Below, piece after piece: positions 60,757 to 64,000 of a stretch of 64,000 nucleotides of DNA; the first letter of the stretch is position 1, and each line of letters opens with the position of its first letter. Location of the stretch: positions 610,206-674,205 of the forward strand of contig NW_027192201.1 in the NCBI RefSeq assembly GCF_041956535.1, given 5' to 3'. The notes under the pieces were generated by a model. That model was not told where the DNA came from, did no database searches, and saw nothing but the letters and a program-made list of their open reading frames with translations. A program made the translations under genes and the position numbers. This DNA comes from Calcarisporiella thermophila CBS 279.70 (taxonomy: Eukaryota; Fungi; Calcarisporiellomycota).

Positions 60757-63417
60757 TTATTTCTTGGGCGCGTCCTCCAGCTCAATGATGATCTCCTCTG
60801 CCGCTACGCTGGATCCAGGGGTGACGTGCACCTTCTTCACCTTGCCGACGCACGCCGCCCGTAGCACATTCTGCATTTTCATGGCCTCCACCACGGCGAG
60901 CTCGGCCCCCTCCGAGATGACATCCCCTTCTTTCACCGCGACACTGACCACGCTTCCCGGCATGGGCGAGAGCACCAGCTTGGCGAGATCGGGCTTCGGC
61001 TTCTCGATCATGTGAGACGAAAGGGCGTGCTGGCGCTCGTTGTGGATGGTGATATCAAACTAGAGGAGAGGAAAAAAGCACCTTGGGTCAGTAGAGTCTC
61101 CAGCAAAGGGCCACCAGTGGGGCGCCTACCTTGGTGCCGAGATGCTGCAGACGGAAGCCCATTGGCAACACATCCAGATACTGCACGGTCAGGTGCTCTC
61201 CCGACTCGAAGTCGGCCTCGACGAGGGGCGACTCGATGGGCCACTGCGACGAGACCACGGTGGGCGGGAGATCAGCGGTCGAGATCTAGAGAACCGAACA
61301 AGGCAAGCAGAGCGTTAATACTCAGGTCCACACCCATTCAACGGGGTAATTTCCGTACTATAAACTTGTCCTTTCCGCCCAGGCTGTCGCCCTCCCTCTC
61401 CACGCGCACCTTCACGTCTCCTGCGCCGGCGATCTTCACCCAAATGTCCCATACATTTGGCATCTTCCCCTCCAGGTCACCCATCAAGAGTGCATGCTTC
61501 CCGCTGCTTCCCCAGTTCCGGTTCCGGAGGTTGCGCTTGGCATGGACAAGCGCAGCCACCGCCGCCAGCTGGTTCAGGCTCTTCGAGTCAAGGGTGGCGC
61601 CCTTGAATCCTTTGGGATATTCCTGCGCCAGGAATTTGGTCGAGATATCACCGCTGACGAAACGTGGGTGAGAGATGACTTCGCGCAGTAGAGGTATATT
61701 ATGGGTTACGCCTATGAGCCACGGCGAGAGAAATAACGTCAGTCCTACTAAGCTCCCCTTAGCCTCTGCATCCCACTATGCCTCACCTTTGATTACATAG
61801 GAATCCAGCGCCTTCTTCATGACGTCCAACGCCTCATTTCGGGTCTCACCATAGGTGCAGAGCTTGCAAATCATGGGATCGTAGTAGATGCTGATCTCGC
61901 TTCCCTCCACGACGCCCGAGTCGCAACGCACCTCGCCAGCAGTCCCCACTGGCTCCTGGTATTTGCTCAAGCGCCCGATACTCGGCAGGTACTTCTCGGG
62001 GTCCTCGGCGTACACACGGGATTCGAAGGCCCACCCCTTGAGGCGGACATCCTCCTGCTTCAGGGCCAGGCGCTGTCCAGCAGCGACGCGGATCATCTGC
62101 TCGACCAGGTCGATGCCCGTGATGTACTCGGTGATGGGGTGCTCCACTTGTAACCGGGTGTTCATTTCCAAGAAGTAGAAGTTCCGCTGCGAGTCGACCA
62201 GGAACTCGACCGTACCCGCGGACTCGTACCCCACGTGCTTGGCCAAGGCCACGGCTTGCTCTCCCATGGCTCGACGCGTGGCCGCGTCCAAGTGTGTGGA
62301 GGGCGCCTCTTCGATCACCTTTTGGTTGCGTCTCTGGATACTGCACTCTCGCTCCGGAAGATACAGCGTGTTGCCGTACTTGTCGGCGAGCACCTGGATC
62401 TCGATGTGGCGGGGGTTGTCGATGAACTTCTCGATGAGCAGCCGGTCGTCACCAAAGCTGGACATCGACTCGTTCTTGGCGATCTTGAATCCATCGCGCA
62501 CCTCCTGGTCATTCCAGGCAATACGCATACCTTTTCCACCACCACCGGCCGAGGCTTTGATCATCACGGGGTAGCCAATCTCATGGGCTTACGGAGGGTA
62601 AACATAACAAAAAGGGGTAGGCGTTTTGGTTAGAGAGGGGATTCGCGTACTGAGAGCAGGCGTAGAGAGCGACTCACCTATCTGTAGAGCATGCTCCTCA
62701 TCCCTCACTACACCGTTGAATCCGGGAATTGTGTTCACCTTTGATTCCTTTGCAATGATCTTACTCTGAATCTTGTCACCCATAGCGGCCATGGCGCTCT
62801 GGTTTGGCCCAATGAAGGTCACGCCCGCCTCATCAAGGGCCTTGACGAAGGTAGCGTTCTCAGAGAGGAAACCATAGCCTGGATGAACAGCCTGAGCACC
62901 AGTGTCCTTAATGGCTTTCAAAATGGCAGGGATATTGAGGTAGCTTTGACTAGTAGGGGGAGGGCCCTAATGAAGTAAATAAAATTAGCATCATCCCATG
63001 AGTATCCAGTGCGACGAACACGCACCACTGGGAAAGCCTCGTCGGCCATTTGGACATGCAAACTGTTCGCATCGGCATCGGAGTGGATGGCTACTGTTCT
63101 GATGCCCATTTTCCGGCAGGTACGAATTACGCGTACGGCAATTTCACCGCGGTTAGCAATGAGGATCTTATCGAATGCCTGTGGCCAGTATATGAGGAAT
63201 TAAAAGATCTCGTTAGAAACCATGTGGATACCAGGAGTCATCTCTACAAGCTACCAACCTTCCCATCCTGAACCACCGGAGGAACCTCATCAATTTTGGC
63301 ATAGGCAACCCGAGGTGATGAATGGAAGTGGCGCGCGAATAATGGGGAGCGGCGCGCAGCAATACGCGAACCTGCGCCTACTCCAGTTCTTAGGGATAAG
63401 AGGAGTGACGTTGCCAT
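60757..63417 (-). CDS. PCCA: Propionyl-CoA carboxylase alpha subunit, mitochondrial
   Basis: Presequence; [18 protein letters not shown]; [58 protein letters not shown] (PCCA-like rather than MCCA-like); biotinyl EAMKM. Confidence 0.92.
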
Positions 63418-63670
63418 GGTGTGCAGTAGTGAGAAAGAGTGGGAGAAAAGGAAATGCGGGGCAAACAAATAACAAGAAGTACTTCCACGGCAATATTCAA
63501 GGAGGAGGGGGGGGAATCTTTCGGACTTTTTTTCCACTCTTGTCCCCACCGCTCGTGGGAAAGTTGCACTTGAAAAAATTATTGTGATAACTAAAGAAAA
63601 TCCTCCATAGTATTTCTTCCCCACACCCAGTTTTTTTGTTTTAGGCGTCTCTTTTGTGCAGATTCTGAAA

Positions 63671-64000
63671 ATGCTACGAGCAGCACTCAGGGCTTCTTCA
63701 CTCGCGGTCCGAAGACATCATCTCCCGATTATCGCACCCACATCCACTATAATTCGTCACGCGTCGGGTGCATCGAAGGAGAATGTAAATACATCCATGC
63801 CAATTGTTCCTGCCTCCTAGAAAACTGAACCGTGTTTTTTTTTTATCCTACCAGGCCGCCATCAGAAGGATCGAGGAGAAGCGTGCAGAAGCAAAGCTTG
63901 GTGGAGGCGAGAAGAGAATCGAAGCCCAGCACAAACGAGTAAGTATCGTCTTTTTCTTCTCTATTCGTCTCGGCTGTTATTGTAACATCAGATATTGACG
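63671..64000 (+). CDS. PCCB: Propionyl-CoA carboxylase beta subunit, 5' part (truncated by window edge)
   Basis: Presequence MLRAALRASSLAVRR...; exon 2 RRIEEKRAEAKLGGGEKRIEAQHKR closely matches human PCCB [25 protein letters not shown]. Confidence 0.88.

Overview
Gene-dense, intron-rich eukaryotic nuclear DNA with short GT-AG introns, mostly about 50-90 nt. It is almost certainly from a non-Dikarya fungus, most likely Mucoromycota (inferred from protein similarity plus retention of MED23 and propionyl-CoA carboxylase). About 28 protein-coding genes can be reconstructed by hand: MED23 (3' part), MTD1, UGO1, a small winged-helix-like ORF, an OCA1-like phosphatase, SCY1, UCH37, VAP/SCS2, a small orphan ORF, endosulfine IGO1, RPS8, a DEAD-box helicase, a SNF2/BRG1-type remodeler, TCP1, NHP2, a SMYD-type SET protein, SOK1/TCP11, PKC1, DIP2/CMR2, SYF1, CBR1, ISC1, a TPR orphan, an arrestin, a DOMON-cytochrome b561, a CLIP-170/Tip1 homolog, PCCA and the 5' end of PCCB. 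I saw no tRNA, rRNA, transposon or CRISPR. The most interesting signals are: (1) PKC1 head-to-head with its DAG regulator DIP2; (2) propionyl-CoA carboxylase alpha and beta genes head-to-head, pointing to an animal-type, B12-linked propionate pathway and a possible cluster beyond the window; (3) a small winged-helix ORF behind a perfect Homol-D box, resembling mitoribosomal mL80; (4) a +1 frameshift in a C8 run at the DIP2 start; (5) a strong AT-to-GC compositional gradient across the window. CDS coordinates are gene spans from start codon to stop codon including introns, derived by eye.
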